Source of the DNA: Thermoplasmata archaeon
Lineage (GTDB): Archaea > Thermoplasmatota > Thermoplasmata > RBG-16-68-12 > JAGMCJ01
DNA length: 64,000 bases
Assembly: GCA_046761005.1 (NCBI GenBank)
Contig: JBHIFI010000001.1
Span: 11,908-75,907 of the forward strand
Direction of reading: 5' to 3'
Both the position numbers and the translations under genes were made by a program. This document shows, one piece after another, positions 8,990 to 20,371 of the stretch; the first letter of the stretch is position 1; each line of letters starts with the position of its first letter. The notes beneath the pieces are model-generated. The model ran no database searches. It worked only from the letters and a program-made list of their open reading frames with translations, and was not told where the DNA came from.

Positions 8990-10618
8990 TCATGGAATGT
9001 TAATTGAATGTCTTTCTGCGAACTCTTTCGCCTTCTGGTATCCAGCATCAGCGTGTCTTATGATTCCCAGGCCAGGGTCAGTTGTCAGAACACGCTCGAT
9101 TCTTCTCTCTGCACTCTCTGTTCCGTCGGCGACTACGGTCATCCCTGCATGGGTCGAGTACCCGATGCCCACGCCACCGCCATTATGAATCGCTATAAGG
9201 TCTGCACCAGCTGCTGTGTTCAAGAGCGCGTTTAGAAGGGGCCAATCAGCGACGGCGTCGCTTCCATCCTTCATACCCTCGGTTTCTCTGTTGGGAGAGG
9301 CGACAGAGCCACAGTCAAGATGATCGCGGGTAATGACTATCGGCCCTGAGAGATCGCCCTCCCTCACCATTTCGTTAATGTGTTTTCCGAACTTCGCTCT
9401 CTCACCATAACCCAACCAGCAGACCCTCGCAGGTAGCCCTTCCCACGGAAGATACTTCTCCGCCAGCTCGATCCAGTTTGTGAGTTGTCTGTTCTCTGGA
9501 AAGAGCTCAGTGACGACATTGTCTGTTTTCAGAATGTCTTCCGGGTCTCCGGATATAGCCACCCATCTGAAAGGGCCTCTTCCCTCACAGAACATGGGTC
9601 TGATGTACAGAGACACGAAGCCTTCAAAATCGAAAGCGTTCTTCACGCCCGCTTGAAAGGCCTGACCTCTGATGTTATTCCCGTAGTCGAAAACCACCGA
9701 GCCAGCCTTTTGCAGGGATAGCATTGACCTCACATGGTCTGCCATGGAGGAGTACGACCTTTCAAGATATGATTTAGGGTCGCTTGCTCTCAAATCCGCG
9801 GCCTCGTGAACAGTCAAGCCTCTTGGGATGTAACCATTCAGTGCGTCATGCGCTGCCGTTTGGTCTGTGACGGCGTCGAATGAGATGCCCATATCAACGA
9901 GCTCTGGATGAGTCTCTGAACAATTGGCGAAGACACCAACAGACCTTGGTTCACCTTCTTCCTTGGCGTTTCTCACGATTTCCAATCCTTCATCGAGATC
10001 TTTGACCATCTCATCGCAAAAGCCAGCACTCAATCTTTTCTTGATGCGAGACTCATCCACTTCGACAGCTAGGCAGGCACCGCCATTCATCTTGATTGCC
10101 AGTGGTTGCGCACCTCCCATTCCTCCAAGGCCGCCTGTGAGCACGGACCTCCCCTTGAGTGAGCCGCCGAAATTTGCCCGTGCGCAAGCGGCAAAGGTCT
10201 CATAGGTGCCCTGAATGATACCCTGAGTGCCGATGTATGCCCACCCGCCTGCCGTCATCTGACCATACATCATAAGTCCTAGGTCCTCTAACTCGTAGAA
10301 CTTCTCCCAATTCGACCATCTAGGAACGAGATTGGAGTTTGCAATGAGAACCCGTGGAGAGTTCTCTGTGGTCTTGAAAACCCCTACTGGCTTGCCAGAT
10401 TGAACGAGAAGTGTCTCATCGCTTTCCAATTCTTTGAGCGCCTCGACTATTCTGTGATAACAGTCCCAATTTCTCGCAGCCTTGCCCACACCTCCGTAAA
10501 TTATCAACTCCTCAGGTTTCTCCGCGTTTTCGAGATTGTTTTGAAGCATTCTGAGAATGGCTTCCTGTCGCCAACCTTTGCATTCCAGTCTCTCCCCTCG
10601 ATTGGCCTTTACTCTCAT
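8990..10618 (-). CDS. hutU: urocanate hydratase (urocanase)
   Basis: 542 aa; [16 protein letters not shown] site; [16 protein letters not shown] and [14 protein letters not shown] blocks conserved in HutU. Confidence 0.9.
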   Translation of the reverse strand: MRVKANRGERLECKGWRQEAILRMLQNNLENAEKPEELIIYGGVGKAARNWDCYHRIVEALKELESDETLLVQSGKPVGVFKTTENSPRVLIANSNLVPRWSNWEKFYELEDLGLMMYGQMTAGGWAYIGTQGIIQGTYETFAACARANFGGSLKGRSVLTGGLGGMGGAQPLAIKMNGGACLAVEVDESRIKKRLSAGFCDEMVKDLDEGLEIVRNAKEEGEPRSVGVFANCSETHPELVDMGISFDAVTDQTAAHDALNGYIPRGLTVHEAADLRASDPKSYLERSYSSMADHVRSMLSLQKAGSVVFDYGNNIRGQAFQAGVKNAFDFEGFVSLYIRPMFCEGRGPFRWVAISGDPEDILKTDNVVTELFPENRQLTNWIELAEKYLPWEGLPARVCWLGYGERAKFGKHINEMVREGDLSGPIVITRDHLDCGSVASPNRETEGMKDGSDAVADWPLLNALLNTAAGADLIAIHNGGGVGIGYSTHAGMTVVADGTESAERRIERVLTTDPGLGIIRHADAGYQKAKEFAERHSINIP

Positions 10619-10658
10619 CTTATCACGCTGTTAGTAATCGAGAAACAAGAATAAGTCT

Positions 10659-11282
10659 TTATTGGAAGGACAACTTCGAATCGACGATAGCCAGTGTCGA
10701 TTGGAGCAAGGCATGTCCTTTGTCGAGAGCTGAGCGGGCCTCGTCTTCCATCTTTTTCTTGAAGTCCTCATCCTTGACCGAAGCCAGATTAACTCTCACG
10801 TTAAGGTAGCCTCCATAAAGGCCAGCGTGAGCCATAAGGGCGGCAACGCCCACATCCGTACAGGCGCTCTTTGAACCTATCTCAGCTAGGTCACTAGCAA
10901 TCCTAAGGACTTCCAGAGATATCCTCACGATGTCGATGGGAGGTTTTGCGGCTTCGATGAGTGCCTCCTGCACCGCCTTCTTTCTTCTTTCCTTTTCTTC
11001 GCTCGTTCCTTTAGGTAGAGAAAGAGAATCCAAGACCGCCTGGTAAGCCTGCGCATCCTTTTCGATGAGGTGAATCAACCTCCTTCTTAGTTTAGTGGAT
11101 CTGTCAAGAGCGCTTCGCATTGCCTCCTTGACATTTTCATTCTTTTCTTTTCCTATAGAAATACCTGAGACCATCTCCGCAAGAGCGCATCCAAGGGAAG
11201 AGGCTAAGGCGGATACACTTCCCCCTCCTGGCGTTGGCGAGTCAGATGCCACCCTCTCAATGAACCCATTCAAAGAAGACAC
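10659..11282 (-). CDS. ftcD: formimidoyltetrahydrofolate cyclodeaminase (FTCD cyclodeaminase domain protein)
   Basis: TPGGGSVSALASSLGCALAEMV is the characteristic cyclodeaminase N-terminal motif. Confidence 0.8.
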   Translation of the reverse strand: MSSLNGFIERVASDSPTPGGGSVSALASSLGCALAEMVSGISIGKEKNENVKEAMRSALDRSTKLRRRLIHLIEKDAQAYQAVLDSLSLPKGTSEEKERRKKAVQEALIEAAKPPIDIVRISLEVLRIASDLAEIGSKSACTDVGVAALMAHAGLYGGYLNVRVNLASVKDEDFKKKMEDEARSALDKGHALLQSTLAIVDSKLSFQ

Positions 11283-11288
11283 GGCCTA

Positions 11289-12209
11289 TCACCACAGCCT
11301 GTTTTCTATGATCTGTTTCTTATCGAAGTCTTCAAGCTTCAAGTGGAAAATGGCAGCATCGATGAGTGCCTCCTGGGGGATGAGTCCCACGACCTCGCTC
11401 GAAACAACCTCAACGCCGAGCTTTTCGCACTCCTCTCTTATAGCTTCCATCACCTTGTGTATTGGAGTGACTCGAAAATTTTGGAGATTCATTGAGACCT
11501 GAGCCATGTCCTTTTCCTCGATATAAAAGCCGAGAGCTCTCACGAATTTCAACCCTCCGTTGCTTTCTCTTATGGACATCGCTATCCTCTGAGCTATCTC
11601 CTTTTTGCTTGTGTTCAGGTACACATTGTACGCTATCAGGAATTCCCTCGCGCCAACGACAGTCGCTCCGGCGGTTGGATGCAACTCGGAGGGACCGTAA
11701 TCGGGTCTTCTTTCCGAATCCGTACGGATCGCCTCCTTAAGCCCCTCGTATTCCCCACGCCTGATGAAAGCGAGACTCCTCCTTTCCGGAGATGCAGCCG
11801 CATACTCATATAGGTATGTGGGAATCTTCAGCTCCTCTGCAATTCTACATGCAAGCTCTCTCGCGAGGTCAACGCAATCATCCATAGTAACTTTAGAGAC
11901 AGGGACAAATGGAACCACATCGGTCGCGCCAATCCTTGGATGCTCGCCCTTGTGAGCGTTCATATCTATGAGCTCTGCTGCCTTCTTGACAGCATCGAAT
12001 GCGGCATCCCTGCACCCCTCAGGGCTTCCCACAAAGGTTATCACAGACCTGTTGTGACTCGCATCCATCTCCACATCGAGGATTTTGACTCTCTCGTCTT
12101 TTCCTATTTCGTAGGCAATAGCATCAACAACATCCTCCTTTCTACCCTCGCTGAAATTGGGGACACATTCCACGATTCTATCCAAAGGCAATCTCGGAGA
12201 AAAGGCCAC
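11289..12209 (-). CDS. ftcD: glutamate formimidoyltransferase (FTCD formiminotransferase domain protein)
   Basis: IVECVPNFSEGR signature plus two formiminotransferase subdomains; adjacent to the cyclodeaminase and hutU. Confidence 0.85.
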   Translation of the reverse strand: MAFSPRLPLDRIVECVPNFSEGRKEDVVDAIAYEIGKDERVKILDVEMDASHNRSVITFVGSPEGCRDAAFDAVKKAAELIDMNAHKGEHPRIGATDVVPFVPVSKVTMDDCVDLARELACRIAEELKIPTYLYEYAAASPERRSLAFIRRGEYEGLKEAIRTDSERRPDYGPSELHPTAGATVVGAREFLIAYNVYLNTSKKEIAQRIAMSIRESNGGLKFVRALGFYIEEKDMAQVSMNLQNFRVTPIHKVMEAIREECEKLGVEVVSSEVVGLIPQEALIDAAIFHLKLEDFDKKQIIENRLW

Positions 12210-12226
12210 AGACCTTATTTAAGGGT

Positions 12227-12715
12227 TTAGCGCAAAAGCCACTCTATCTCGCGCAGGAAATACTCGAACTCATGCTCGCTCTTTGCCCTGTTGTTCGCCA
12301 AGTGGACAAGTTTCCTGAGGCCCTTGGATATGTGCTTCATCTTTTTCATCTTGAGATTCAGTGACCGGACCTTCTTTCTGTGCTTGGGGAACTTCTTGTA
12401 CGAGATAAGTGGCAAAGCCTCCTTTCCAGAAGAACCTCTCTGTTTCTCTCTAACGACCTTGTGAACATTCGCAGCGGCCTGGAGGTACTCCTTCGAGTCC
12501 TTGAGTTCTTTTCCTTGCTCAATGGCCTTTCTTCCCGCAAAAAGCATTCTGCGGAGGGCGATGTTGATATCCTCATCTACAAAAATCCCCTTATTCTCGA
12601 TATCACTTCTAACGTTTCTTATATGGCCTCGGAGTTTTGAAACGCTGCTTTCCACCATCACAAAGCCTTCGCCATATAATTGTGGTTCGGGATATTTAAG
12701 GGATACGATTTCCAT
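12227..12715 (-). CDS. hypothetical protein with a Lys/Arg-rich C-terminal half
   Basis: 162-aa ORF packed tightly against the formiminotransferase gene; no recognisable motif. Confidence 0.35.
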   Translation of the reverse strand: MEIVSLKYPEPQLYGEGFVMVESSVSKLRGHIRNVRSDIENKGIFVDEDINIALRRMLFAGRKAIEQGKELKDSKEYLQAAANVHKVVREKQRGSSGKEALPLISYKKFPKHRKKVRSLNLKMKKMKHISKGLRKLVHLANNRAKSEHEFEYFLREIEWLLR

Positions 12716-13282
12716 GAAGTTATCAAAAATGATAATGGCATTGATAGATTCTTAAGGAATCCGAAAGTGGCTCCTGTCGGGAAGTCCATGAATCAACTGA
12801 AGGGAGAGAGCATTCTACTAGTCAAGGTGAAACCTGGTGAGGTGCAAAGAGCAGTCAGGGACCTTATGAGGAATGAGGAGATTACAGAAGTCGATACAGT
12901 TCTAGGTTCTTACGACATCGTTGCAAGCGGGGCTTTTGAGGACCATCGAAGCCTGAGGAATTTCGTTGAGCGGGTGGAATCGAAACCCTTTTGTCAAGGT
13001 TGTTATGCGAGACCTTCCTTCGAATTCTGGAAAAGGAAAAAGGAAGAGGATTCCCAAGGAGCAGTCTGGAGTCTCATTAGATCGAGCAATCCTTCGAGGA
13101 CTCTGAAGGAACTGAAGAAATTGACAAACATTCGAAAGCTGATAAGGACAACGGGGGACTACAACATCGTTGCAAATTTCTCGATCCGGAGTCAGGACGA
13201 ATGGAACAGGACAGTTTTTGAGAGGATTCATACCATCACGGGCGTTCAAAGCACGATAACTCTTCCAAGTCTTTTTGATTAG
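12680..13282 (+). CDS. tandem Lrp/AsnC-type RAM (ligand-binding) domain protein lacking an HTH; true start probably an internal Met near 12785
   Basis: two repeats resembling the AsnC C-terminal RAM domain (VDTVLGSYDIVASGAFEDHRSLRNFV and TTGDYNIVANFSIRSQDEWNRTV). Confidence 0.5.
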   Translation: MWFGIFKGYDFHEVIKNDNGIDRFLRNPKVAPVGKSMNQLKGESILLVKVKPGEVQRAVRDLMRNEEITEVDTVLGSYDIVASGAFEDHRSLRNFVERVESKPFCQGCYARPSFEFWKRKKEEDSQGAVWSLIRSSNPSRTLKELKKLTNIRKLIRTTGDYNIVANFSIRSQDEWNRTVFERIHTITGVQSTITLPSLFD

Positions 13283-13448
13283 TGCTATACACCATTGCCC
13301 TTCTCCGTTCTAGAGATTCTGAATGATATGGTGTCCGAAAGATCCTTCATGAAAATTCTTTAATATGTTCCCCCTCTTATCATCGAGAAACTGCTTGCCA
13401 GTACTCGAGAGATTACTGGTTCGTATTTGCATCTGAGGAGGAAGAGCT

Positions 13449-15386
13449 ATGGGTGAGGTGGTTTGGAAGCCTACGAGCGATTACATAGAAGGTTCCAACA
13501 TCAAGAGGTTTATGGACAAGCATGGGATAGAGAACTATGATGAATTGATTGCTCGTAGTTCCTCTGATATCTCGTGGTTCTGGAATGCCGTGATGAAGGA
13601 TCTCAACATCGAGTGGTTTGAACCTTACACCAAGGTGGTCGATCAGAGCGAGGGCATCGAGTGGGCTAAGTGGTTCATCAATGGTAAGATAAACATCGTT
13701 CACAACTGTCTGGATAGGCACGCGAAGTCTGCCAAGAAGAACAGAGTCGCCTGTATTTGGGAGGGGGAGGACGGAGAAGTTCGGGAGATGACCTACGGGG
13801 AAATGTACTCCCACGTCAACAAGCTGGCGAATGCGCTAAAGAAGATGGGAATTGGGAGGGGTGATACTGTTGGAATCTATATGCCCTTCGTTCCTGAAAT
13901 TCTTGTCGTCCTCTACGCTGCGTTGAAGATAGGAGCAATATGCATTCCCATCTTTTCCGGGTTTGGATCTTCTGCTCTTGCTTCGAGACTGCAGAACGCA
14001 GAGTCAAAGGTACTTTTCACCGCCGATGGGTCGTATAGACGAGGGAAGCATGTTCACATAAAGAGGGAGGCGGATGAGGCCGTTGAGCAGGTTCCAACTC
14101 TGGAGAGAGTCGTCGTTCTGAAGAGGCTGGGAATCGATGTGAACTGGAATGAGGGCTTTGACATCTGGTGGGATGAGCTGATGAGAGATCGGTCAGATGA
14201 ATGTGGGACCGAGAGATTGAGCGCCGAGGACTACTCTTTCATCATCTATACATCCGGAACAACAGGGAGGCCAAAGGGTTCCGTTCACACACATGCGGGA
14301 TGCCTCGCTCAAATGTGCAAGGAGATTGCTTATTATTTCGATTTGAAGGACGATGACCTCTTCTTCTGGCTCACAGACATTGGTTGGATGATGGGCCCTT
14401 GGATGATAGTGGGCGTCATGAACTTCGGCGGGACGATTTTCATGTTCGAGGGTGCACCAAACTATCCTGAGGCCGATCGGTTGTGGGATATGATAGAGCG
14501 CCACAGAATCACAACGTTCGGGATTTCTCCCACCGCCATCAGGATGTTCATGAGATATGGCGACGAGTGGGTGGAAAAGCACGATCTCAGCAGTCTCAGA
14601 ATTCTGGGGTCAACGGGAGAACCTTGGGATCCTGATTCTTGGACTTGGCTCTTTGAGAAGATCGGAAAGAAAAGACTCCCAATAATCAATATCTCGGGCG
14701 GGACAGAAATCGTGGGCTGCTTCCTCTCTCCCTTGCCCATTACCGAACTGAAGCCTTGCACTCTCCGCGGTCCGGGGCTCGGCATGGGAACCGATGTATT
14801 CGATGATGAGGGAAGCCCCGTGAGGGGAAAAATGGGGCATCTTGTGGCGAAGAACCCAGCCCCGTCAATGACCAAGGGATTCTGGAAGGATCCAGAGAGG
14901 TATATCCAAACATATTGGTCCAAGTGGGATGATATTTGGTACCACGGAGACTGGGCAAGCATAGATGACGATGGATTTTGGTATCTTCATGGCCGTTCAG
15001 ATGATGTCATAAAGGTCGCTGGAAGAAGAGTGGGTCCCTCTGAGATCGAATCCACTCTCATAGAACATGAGGCTGTCTCTGAAGCTGCAGCGATTGGAGC
15101 GCCTCATGAAATCAAAGGAGAAAAGGTCGTCACCTTTGTTGTCCTTCAACCAGGATTCCAACCGCGTGATGAACTGAGAGAGGACCTTCGGAACCATGTT
15201 GCAGGAATTCTCGGAAAGGTCCTTCGACCCGATGAGCTGTACTTCGTGAAGGACCTGCCCAAGACAAGGTCAGCAAAGATAGTTAGGCGGATAATAAGGG
15301 CGAAGTTCCTGGGCGAAGAGGACCTCGGTGATTTGTCTTCGATAGAGAATCCAGATGCCATCGATGAGATCGCAAAGCCTGTCTAG
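13449..15386 (+). CDS. acs: acetyl-CoA synthetase (AMP-forming); propionate activation also possible
   Basis: 645 aa; WFINGKINIVHNCLDRH, YTSGTTGRPKG AMP-binding motif, C-terminal catalytic Lys region. Confidence 0.9.
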   Translation: MGEVVWKPTSDYIEGSNIKRFMDKHGIENYDELIARSSSDISWFWNAVMKDLNIEWFEPYTKVVDQSEGIEWAKWFINGKINIVHNCLDRHAKSAKKNRVACIWEGEDGEVREMTYGEMYSHVNKLANALKKMGIGRGDTVGIYMPFVPEILVVLYAALKIGAICIPIFSGFGSSALASRLQNAESKVLFTADGSYRRGKHVHIKREADEAVEQVPTLERVVVLKRLGIDVNWNEGFDIWWDELMRDRSDECGTERLSAEDYSFIIYTSGTTGRPKGSVHTHAGCLAQMCKEIAYYFDLKDDDLFFWLTDIGWMMGPWMIVGVMNFGGTIFMFEGAPNYPEADRLWDMIERHRITTFGISPTAIRMFMRYGDEWVEKHDLSSLRILGSTGEPWDPDSWTWLFEKIGKKRLPIINISGGTEIVGCFLSPLPITELKPCTLRGPGLGMGTDVFDDEGSPVRGKMGHLVAKNPAPSMTKGFWKDPERYIQTYWSKWDDIWYHGDWASIDDDGFWYLHGRSDDVIKVAGRRVGPSEIESTLIEHEAVSEAAAIGAPHEIKGEKVVTFVVLQPGFQPRDELREDLRNHVAGILGKVLRPDELYFVKDLPKTRSAKIVRRIIRAKFLGEEDLGDLSSIENPDAIDEIAKPV

Positions 15387-15904
15387 GTTTGTTCTATCAC
15401 AATCATAACGTCGCTGACATCGACGAGGTCTCCAGGCTTGACTCTTATCTCCCTTACAATACCGTCCAATGGCGATGAGATCTCATTCTGCATCTTCATG
15501 GCCTCAAGGATTAGGAGGGGACTCCCCGCCCGCAAAGTCGCGCCTTCCTTCGTTGAGATTGAGATGATTCTCCCAGGCATAGGCGGGTGGATTTCTCCTC
15601 TCTTTTCTTCCGATACGCTTGAAGGCCTTTCGCGGGATTCTTCGTATTCCTCAGGTGATATGCTTATTTCCGTAGCAAAGTCGATGTTTCGTACTGACAC
15701 CTTCCTGGGTTCTTCGTTTACCTTGAGAACGTTGCCCTTCCTGACAATCGAAAATCTCTTTCGACCAATTTGAACCTGGAAACCACTTTTTGTGGTTCTT
15801 ACTCTGGGAGTATAGCTCTCCCCATCCAGGAATACAGTTAGCTTGGGTAGCTTCCGAACGACTACATCAAACATCTCACCGTCAAGTTCCAAACTGAATT
15901 TCAT
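15383..15904 (-). CDS. biotin carboxyl carrier protein (BCCP) subunit of acyl-CoA carboxylase
   Basis: C-terminal biotinyl domain with EAMKMQNEI (biotinyl-Lys in AMKM). Confidence 0.85.
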   Translation of the reverse strand: MKFSLELDGEMFDVVVRKLPKLTVFLDGESYTPRVRTTKSGFQVQIGRKRFSIVRKGNVLKVNEEPRKVSVRNIDFATEISISPEEYEESRERPSSVSEEKRGEIHPPMPGRIISISTKEGATLRAGSPLLILEAMKMQNEISSPLDGIVREIRVKPGDLVDVSDVMIVIEQT

Positions 15905-17450
15905 CGGCGCTTAACCTCTTCCTAAGTTGTTCCAGTCTTCCGGCTCTTGCCCATGGTGAGAGTTTCTCGTAGCCTGTGATTTTCAACTCCCTCTTGGTGA
16001 AGTATTTCAGCTCTCCAGGTTGCTCGGACAAGAATGCTGCTACGGCAGCAGCGGCCAGCTTCTCCTCTCTACTCCTCTCCTCTCCCTCGCTTCTCAGATA
16101 GTCGATTATTCCGGTTTCCTCAACGAGTCCAGTATGGGTATCTCCCTTTCTGAATCTTTCATCCTTTAGGAGCTCGAGATGGAAGGGTATGTTAGTCTCA
16201 ATGCCCACTATTCTCACTTCGGTCAAAGCACGTCGCATTCTTCTCATGGCCGCATCTCTTGTGGCTGCCCAGACGACGATCTTTGCAAAGAGAGGATCAT
16301 AGTAGGTCGGTATGTCGGAACCAGCTTCCACACCGGAATCCACCCTAACTCCTATGGAACCTGGTACGCTATAGGATTCAACCGTTCCCGGGGAGGGCAT
16401 GAAATTCTCGTAAGGGTTTTCTGCGTTAATCCTGCACTCAATCGACCAGCCTCTGAAATCGATGTCACTTTGCCTGTACGTAAGGGGCTCACCCGCCGCT
16501 ATGCGTATCTGCTGCTGAACGAGATCGATGCCAGTCACGAACTCAGTGACTGGGTGCTCCACCTGCAGGCGTGCATTGATTTCGTTGAAGCAGAACTTTC
16601 CTCTATGATAGAGGAATTCGATCGTTCCAGCGTTCAGATACTTCGCTACTTGTGCCGCACGCACGGCCCGCTCACCTATCTTTCTTCGTGTCTTCTCGTC
16701 AACTACAGGAGACGGTGATTCCTCAATCAATTTCTGGAAACGTCTTTGGACAGAGCATTCTCTCTCTCCGAGGTGTATCACTCTTCCATCTGAATCAGCC
16801 AAGATCTGGAATTCGATGTGTCTGGCCGGCTTCAAATACTTCTCAATGAAGATCTCATCACTTCCGAAGGAGGACAGCGATGAAGATCTTGCCATCTTCA
16901 AGGACGATGGGAGGTCCTGTGAATTCTCCACGACAGCCATGCTTATACCGCCGCCGCCTGCTGAGGCCTTCAGTATGACGGGGAAGCCGATTTCTTCCGC
17001 GACTCTAATCGCCTCATCATCGTCCCTTACAGAGTCATCCGTGCCTAGAGTCACTGGAATACCCGCCTTTTTCATTATTCTTCTCGACTCGACCTTGTCC
17101 CCAGATCTTGCGAGTGCCTTCGACGTGGGACCTATGAAGACAATTCCCTCCCGCTCGCATCTCTCTGCGAACTCGGGGTTCTCTGCGAGGAATCCATATC
17201 CAGGATGTATGGCCTCTGCGCCGACTTTTTGGGCGACATCGACTATTTTGTTCTGATCCAGATAGCTCTCCGACGCAGGTGGGGGACCTATGTAGAAGGA
17301 AAGATCGGCAAATCTCGTGTGGAGGGCGTTCTCATCAGCATCGGAGTAGATTGCAACGCTTTCTATCCCCATTTCCCTGCAAGTTCTCATTACCCTGATG
17401 GCGATTTCTCCCCTATTTGCGATGAGAATCCTTTTGAACATAATCATCAC
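15882..17450 (-). CDS. accC: biotin carboxylase subunit of acetyl/propionyl-CoA carboxylase
   Basis: [17 protein letters not shown] start; ATP-grasp and biotin-carboxylase C-terminal domains; 522 aa. Confidence 0.9.
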   Translation of the reverse strand: MMIMFKRILIANRGEIAIRVMRTCREMGIESVAIYSDADENALHTRFADLSFYIGPPPASESYLDQNKIVDVAQKVGAEAIHPGYGFLAENPEFAERCEREGIVFIGPTSKALARSGDKVESRRIMKKAGIPVTLGTDDSVRDDDEAIRVAEEIGFPVILKASAGGGGISMAVVENSQDLPSSLKMARSSSLSSFGSDEIFIEKYLKPARHIEFQILADSDGRVIHLGERECSVQRRFQKLIEESPSPVVDEKTRRKIGERAVRAAQVAKYLNAGTIEFLYHRGKFCFNEINARLQVEHPVTEFVTGIDLVQQQIRIAAGEPLTYRQSDIDFRGWSIECRINAENPYENFMPSPGTVESYSVPGSIGVRVDSGVEAGSDIPTYYDPLFAKIVVWAATRDAAMRRMRRALTEVRIVGIETNIPFHLELLKDERFRKGDTHTGLVEETGIIDYLRSEGEERSREEKLAAAAVAAFLSEQPGELKYFTKRELKITGYEKLSPWARAGRLEQLRKRLSADEIQFGT

Positions 17451-19150
17451 AATGGAATGTTGCCGTGCTTTTTGGCGGGCCTAGTTTCTCTCTTGTTGAG
17501 GAGAGTTTCAAGTGCGGTTATCAGTCTGGGTCTCGTAATCTCAGGCTCTATGAGTTCATCGATATAGCCCATCTGAGCCGCGATGTAGGGATTGGAGAAT
17601 TTCTTCTTGTAGTCTTTCACGAGTTCATTTCGCGCTTTCTCCACTCTCAAATCGCTGAGGATTTTGACGGCCTCCTCATCGCTCTCTATGGTCTTGATTA
17701 TGTCAGCTTTCCTCTTGGCTCCCCTCAACTCAATCCTCATTTTCTTGGCGATCTTTTTCAGTTCTGCGATGGTCTGGTTCCTGAGATATCGATCGATGTT
17801 CTTCGCCTGTTCTATCTCTTTCCTGAATATTATGTTCACGGCGCCCCTAGGACCCATGACCGCCAGTTCGGCAGAGGGCCAGGCATAATTGACATCCCCG
17901 CGAATGTGCTTAGAACACATGACGTCATATGCCCCGCCATAGGCCTTTCTCGTGATGACCGTCATCTTTGGAACGGTCGCCTCGCAGTATGCATAGAGCA
18001 ACTTAGACCCGCTTCTTATGACCCCACCGTACTCTTGACTTGTTCCAGGTAGAAAACCTGGCACATCAACGAACGTCAGTAAGGGGATGTTGAAACAATC
18101 ACAGAATCTTACGAACCTTGCGCCTTTTGTCGATGAATCGATATCTAACGTTCCCGCCAGAACCTTAGGTTGATTTCCGATTATTCCGACTGGATAGCCG
18201 TTCAATCGCCCGAATCCCGTCACGATATTGCCCGCCCAATACTTGTGTACTTCAAGGAAGTCGCCGTTGTCAACAATACGAATGATTATGTCTCTCATAT
18301 CGTATGGTTTATCTGGCTCATCCGGAACGATTTTCGATAGCTCCCTATCCGTTCTGTTCGGGTCGTCTTCCGTTTCCGTTCTAGGGGGATCCTCGAGGTT
18401 GTTCGAAGGGATGAAACTCAGGAGCTTTCTGACAAGATGAAAACAATGTTCTTCGTTTTCGGCTGCAAAATGAGCCACACCGCTCTTTGCATTGTGGGTC
18501 ATGGCCCCACCAAGCTCCTCGAACGTCACCTCCTCTCCTGTCACCTCCTTGATTACCTCAGGCCCGGTAATGAACATGTGACTGCTTCCCTTCACCATCA
18601 ATATGAAGTCCGTCATCGCAGGTGAGTATACTGCACCTCCCGCGCACGGCCCCATTATCGCGGAGATCTGGGGAATCACGCCCGATGCGAGGACATTCCT
18701 GAAGAAGATTTCAGCGTAGCCTCCCAGGGAAATGACACCCTCCTGTATTCTCGCTCCTGCTCCGTCATTTAGGCCTATGAGAGGTGCACCATTCTTCATG
18801 GCCATATCCATTATCTTCGTGACCTTCTGTGCAAACATCTCTCCCAAAGAACCGCCAAACACTGTGAAGTCCTGGGAGAAGATGTAAACAAGCCTTCCGT
18901 CTATCTTCCCGTAGCCAGTTACGACTCCATCCCCATATATCTTCTTCTTGTCCATCCCAAAATCTGTGGTTCTGTGAGTTACGAACATATCCGTCTCTAC
19001 AAAGGTTCCAGGATCGAGAAGACGGTCTATTCTCTCTCTCGCGGTAAGTTTTCCCTTCTTGTGTTGCTTCGCGATTCTCTCCTTTCCTCCAGCTAGAATC
19101 GCCTGCTTCCTTCTTCTCTGAAGTTCCCTTAGCCTGCCGACTGATGTCAT
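17447..19150 (-). CDS. pccB: acyl-CoA carboxylase carboxyltransferase subunit (PccB/AccD family)
   Basis: 567 aa; duplicated crotonase-like CT domains; [17 protein letters not shown] motif; 4-nt overlap with the biotin carboxylase. Confidence 0.9.
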   Translation of the reverse strand: MTSVGRLRELQRRRKQAILAGGKERIAKQHKKGKLTARERIDRLLDPGTFVETDMFVTHRTTDFGMDKKKIYGDGVVTGYGKIDGRLVYIFSQDFTVFGGSLGEMFAQKVTKIMDMAMKNGAPLIGLNDGAGARIQEGVISLGGYAEIFFRNVLASGVIPQISAIMGPCAGGAVYSPAMTDFILMVKGSSHMFITGPEVIKEVTGEEVTFEELGGAMTHNAKSGVAHFAAENEEHCFHLVRKLLSFIPSNNLEDPPRTETEDDPNRTDRELSKIVPDEPDKPYDMRDIIIRIVDNGDFLEVHKYWAGNIVTGFGRLNGYPVGIIGNQPKVLAGTLDIDSSTKGARFVRFCDCFNIPLLTFVDVPGFLPGTSQEYGGVIRSGSKLLYAYCEATVPKMTVITRKAYGGAYDVMCSKHIRGDVNYAWPSAELAVMGPRGAVNIIFRKEIEQAKNIDRYLRNQTIAELKKIAKKMRIELRGAKRKADIIKTIESDEEAVKILSDLRVEKARNELVKDYKKKFSNPYIAAQMGYIDELIEPEITRPRLITALETLLNKRETRPAKKHGNIPL

Positions 19151-19215
19151 AAACTCACTCTACCAGCCTTTAGGAATGAGCCAAATCTCTTTAATCCTTT
19201 CGTAAGGGAGCAGCT

Positions 19216-19947
19216 TCAAACCTCATCCAAGTAGCGGATTTTACCGGAAACAATCCTCTGCTCATTCCCTTTCGAATTGGTTATCACTAGAAACCCCTCA
19301 GAGTCGAGGCGAATTGCCCTGCCCGTTCTCGTTCCGTCTATCTCGATTATTCTGCCGATAGTGTCTGAAAATCGCGTCCATTCTTCCAGGATTTGCGGAT
19401 AGTTCTCACCAAGACTCGAAGATTTTTCGACTATCCTTTGGGCGATTGTCTCGATAAGCGATTCGTTATCGATTTCTCGTTTCAGGAAATCCATGGCGGT
19501 GATCGCCCCCTCTTTGAGCCACTCAGGGAAGGCATCAATGGAGAAGTTCGTGTTCACACCAACTCCAACAATGGCGTAGAAAGCGTCCTTAGTTTGCAGT
19601 CCCTCGCCCAGAACTCCCGCCAGTTTTCTCCGCTCGAGAAGGATATCATTCGGCCACCGAAGCATTGTATTCAGCTCGAGAAGATCTCTGAGAACGTTGC
19701 AAACACAAAGCCCTGCGAGAAGGACGATTTTGTGGGACTCCTTCGGCTGGATTGGCGGTTTCAGGATTAGTGAGAACCATGCTCCTCCTTCTGGGGATAT
19801 CCATGCCGAGCCAGATCTTCCTCTGCCCCTCCTCTGGGTTTTCGCGACGATAACCGTTCCTTCGTTCACGCCTCTCAGCGCAAGGTCCGAGGCAATTTCC
19901 ATCGTGGAATCTACGACATCGTGAAATCTGAGGGAGACCTTACTCAT
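19216..19947 (-). CDS. birA: biotin--[acetyl-CoA-carboxylase] ligase BirA (probable start at MSKVSL; track ORF extends to 20040)
   Basis: GRGRRGRSW-like GRGRSGSAW biotin-binding loop; KWPNDI motif (RWPNDILLERRKLAGVL); placing the start at 19947 removes a 100-nt overlap with the epimerase gene. Confidence 0.8.
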   Translation of the reverse strand: MSKVSLRFHDVVDSTMEIASDLALRGVNEGTVIVAKTQRRGRGRSGSAWISPEGGAWFSLILKPPIQPKESHKIVLLAGLCVCNVLRDLLELNTMLRWPNDILLERRKLAGVLGEGLQTKDAFYAIVGVGVNTNFSIDAFPEWLKEGAITAMDFLKREIDNESLIETIAQRIVEKSSSLGENYPQILEEWTRFSDTIGRIIEIDGTRTGRAIRLDSEGFLVITNSKGNEQRIVSGKIRYLDEV

Positions 19948-20362
19948 TCTTCTCACTTTCCGAGGAGGATTCGATGAGTTCAAAGAGCACCCTGTGAGTC
20001 GATTCTGGATGAACGAACGCAACCATGCGTCCCATTGCACCTACTCTAGGCTCCTCGTCCACCAGTCTGATGTTATTCTCTTTGAGAGTGACCATCTCTC
20101 TCTTGATATCCTCCACAGAGATGGCAATGTGATGTATACCCTCTCCTTTCCTCTGAATGAATTTCGACACCACACTATCTTCCGAGAGAGGAGTGAGAAG
20201 CTCTATCCTGACTCCCCCAATCTCGAAGAAGACCACCTCGACCTCCTCGGATTCCACCTTTTCCCTTGCCATCATTTTGGATCCAAGTACACTTTCGAAC
20301 CGCTCGATCGCCTTGTCGATGTCTTCAACCGCAATCGCGATATGATCGATACTCCTCGACAT
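19940..20362 (-). CDS. mce: methylmalonyl-CoA epimerase (glyoxalase/VOC family)
   Basis: two VOC modules (IDHIAIAVEDIDKAIERF... and GIHHIAISVEDI); sits between the mutase and the carboxylase genes. Confidence 0.8.
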   Translation of the reverse strand: MSRSIDHIAIAVEDIDKAIERFESVLGSKMMAREKVESEEVEVVFFEIGGVRIELLTPLSEDSVVSKFIQRKGEGIHHIAISVEDIKREMVTLKENNIRLVDEEPRVGAMGRMVAFVHPESTHRVLFELIESSSESEKNE

Positions 20363-20371
20363 GCATGCCTC

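Noticed and set aside
14193-14962. Several 70-170-aa minus-strand ORFs inside acs
   Set aside because: Antisense to the high-confidence Acs coding sequence.
19216-20040. BirA ORF extending 100 nt into the epimerase gene
   Set aside because: The internal Met (MSKVSL, start about 19947) gives a normal-length BirA and only an 8-nt overlap. The longer version is unlikely.
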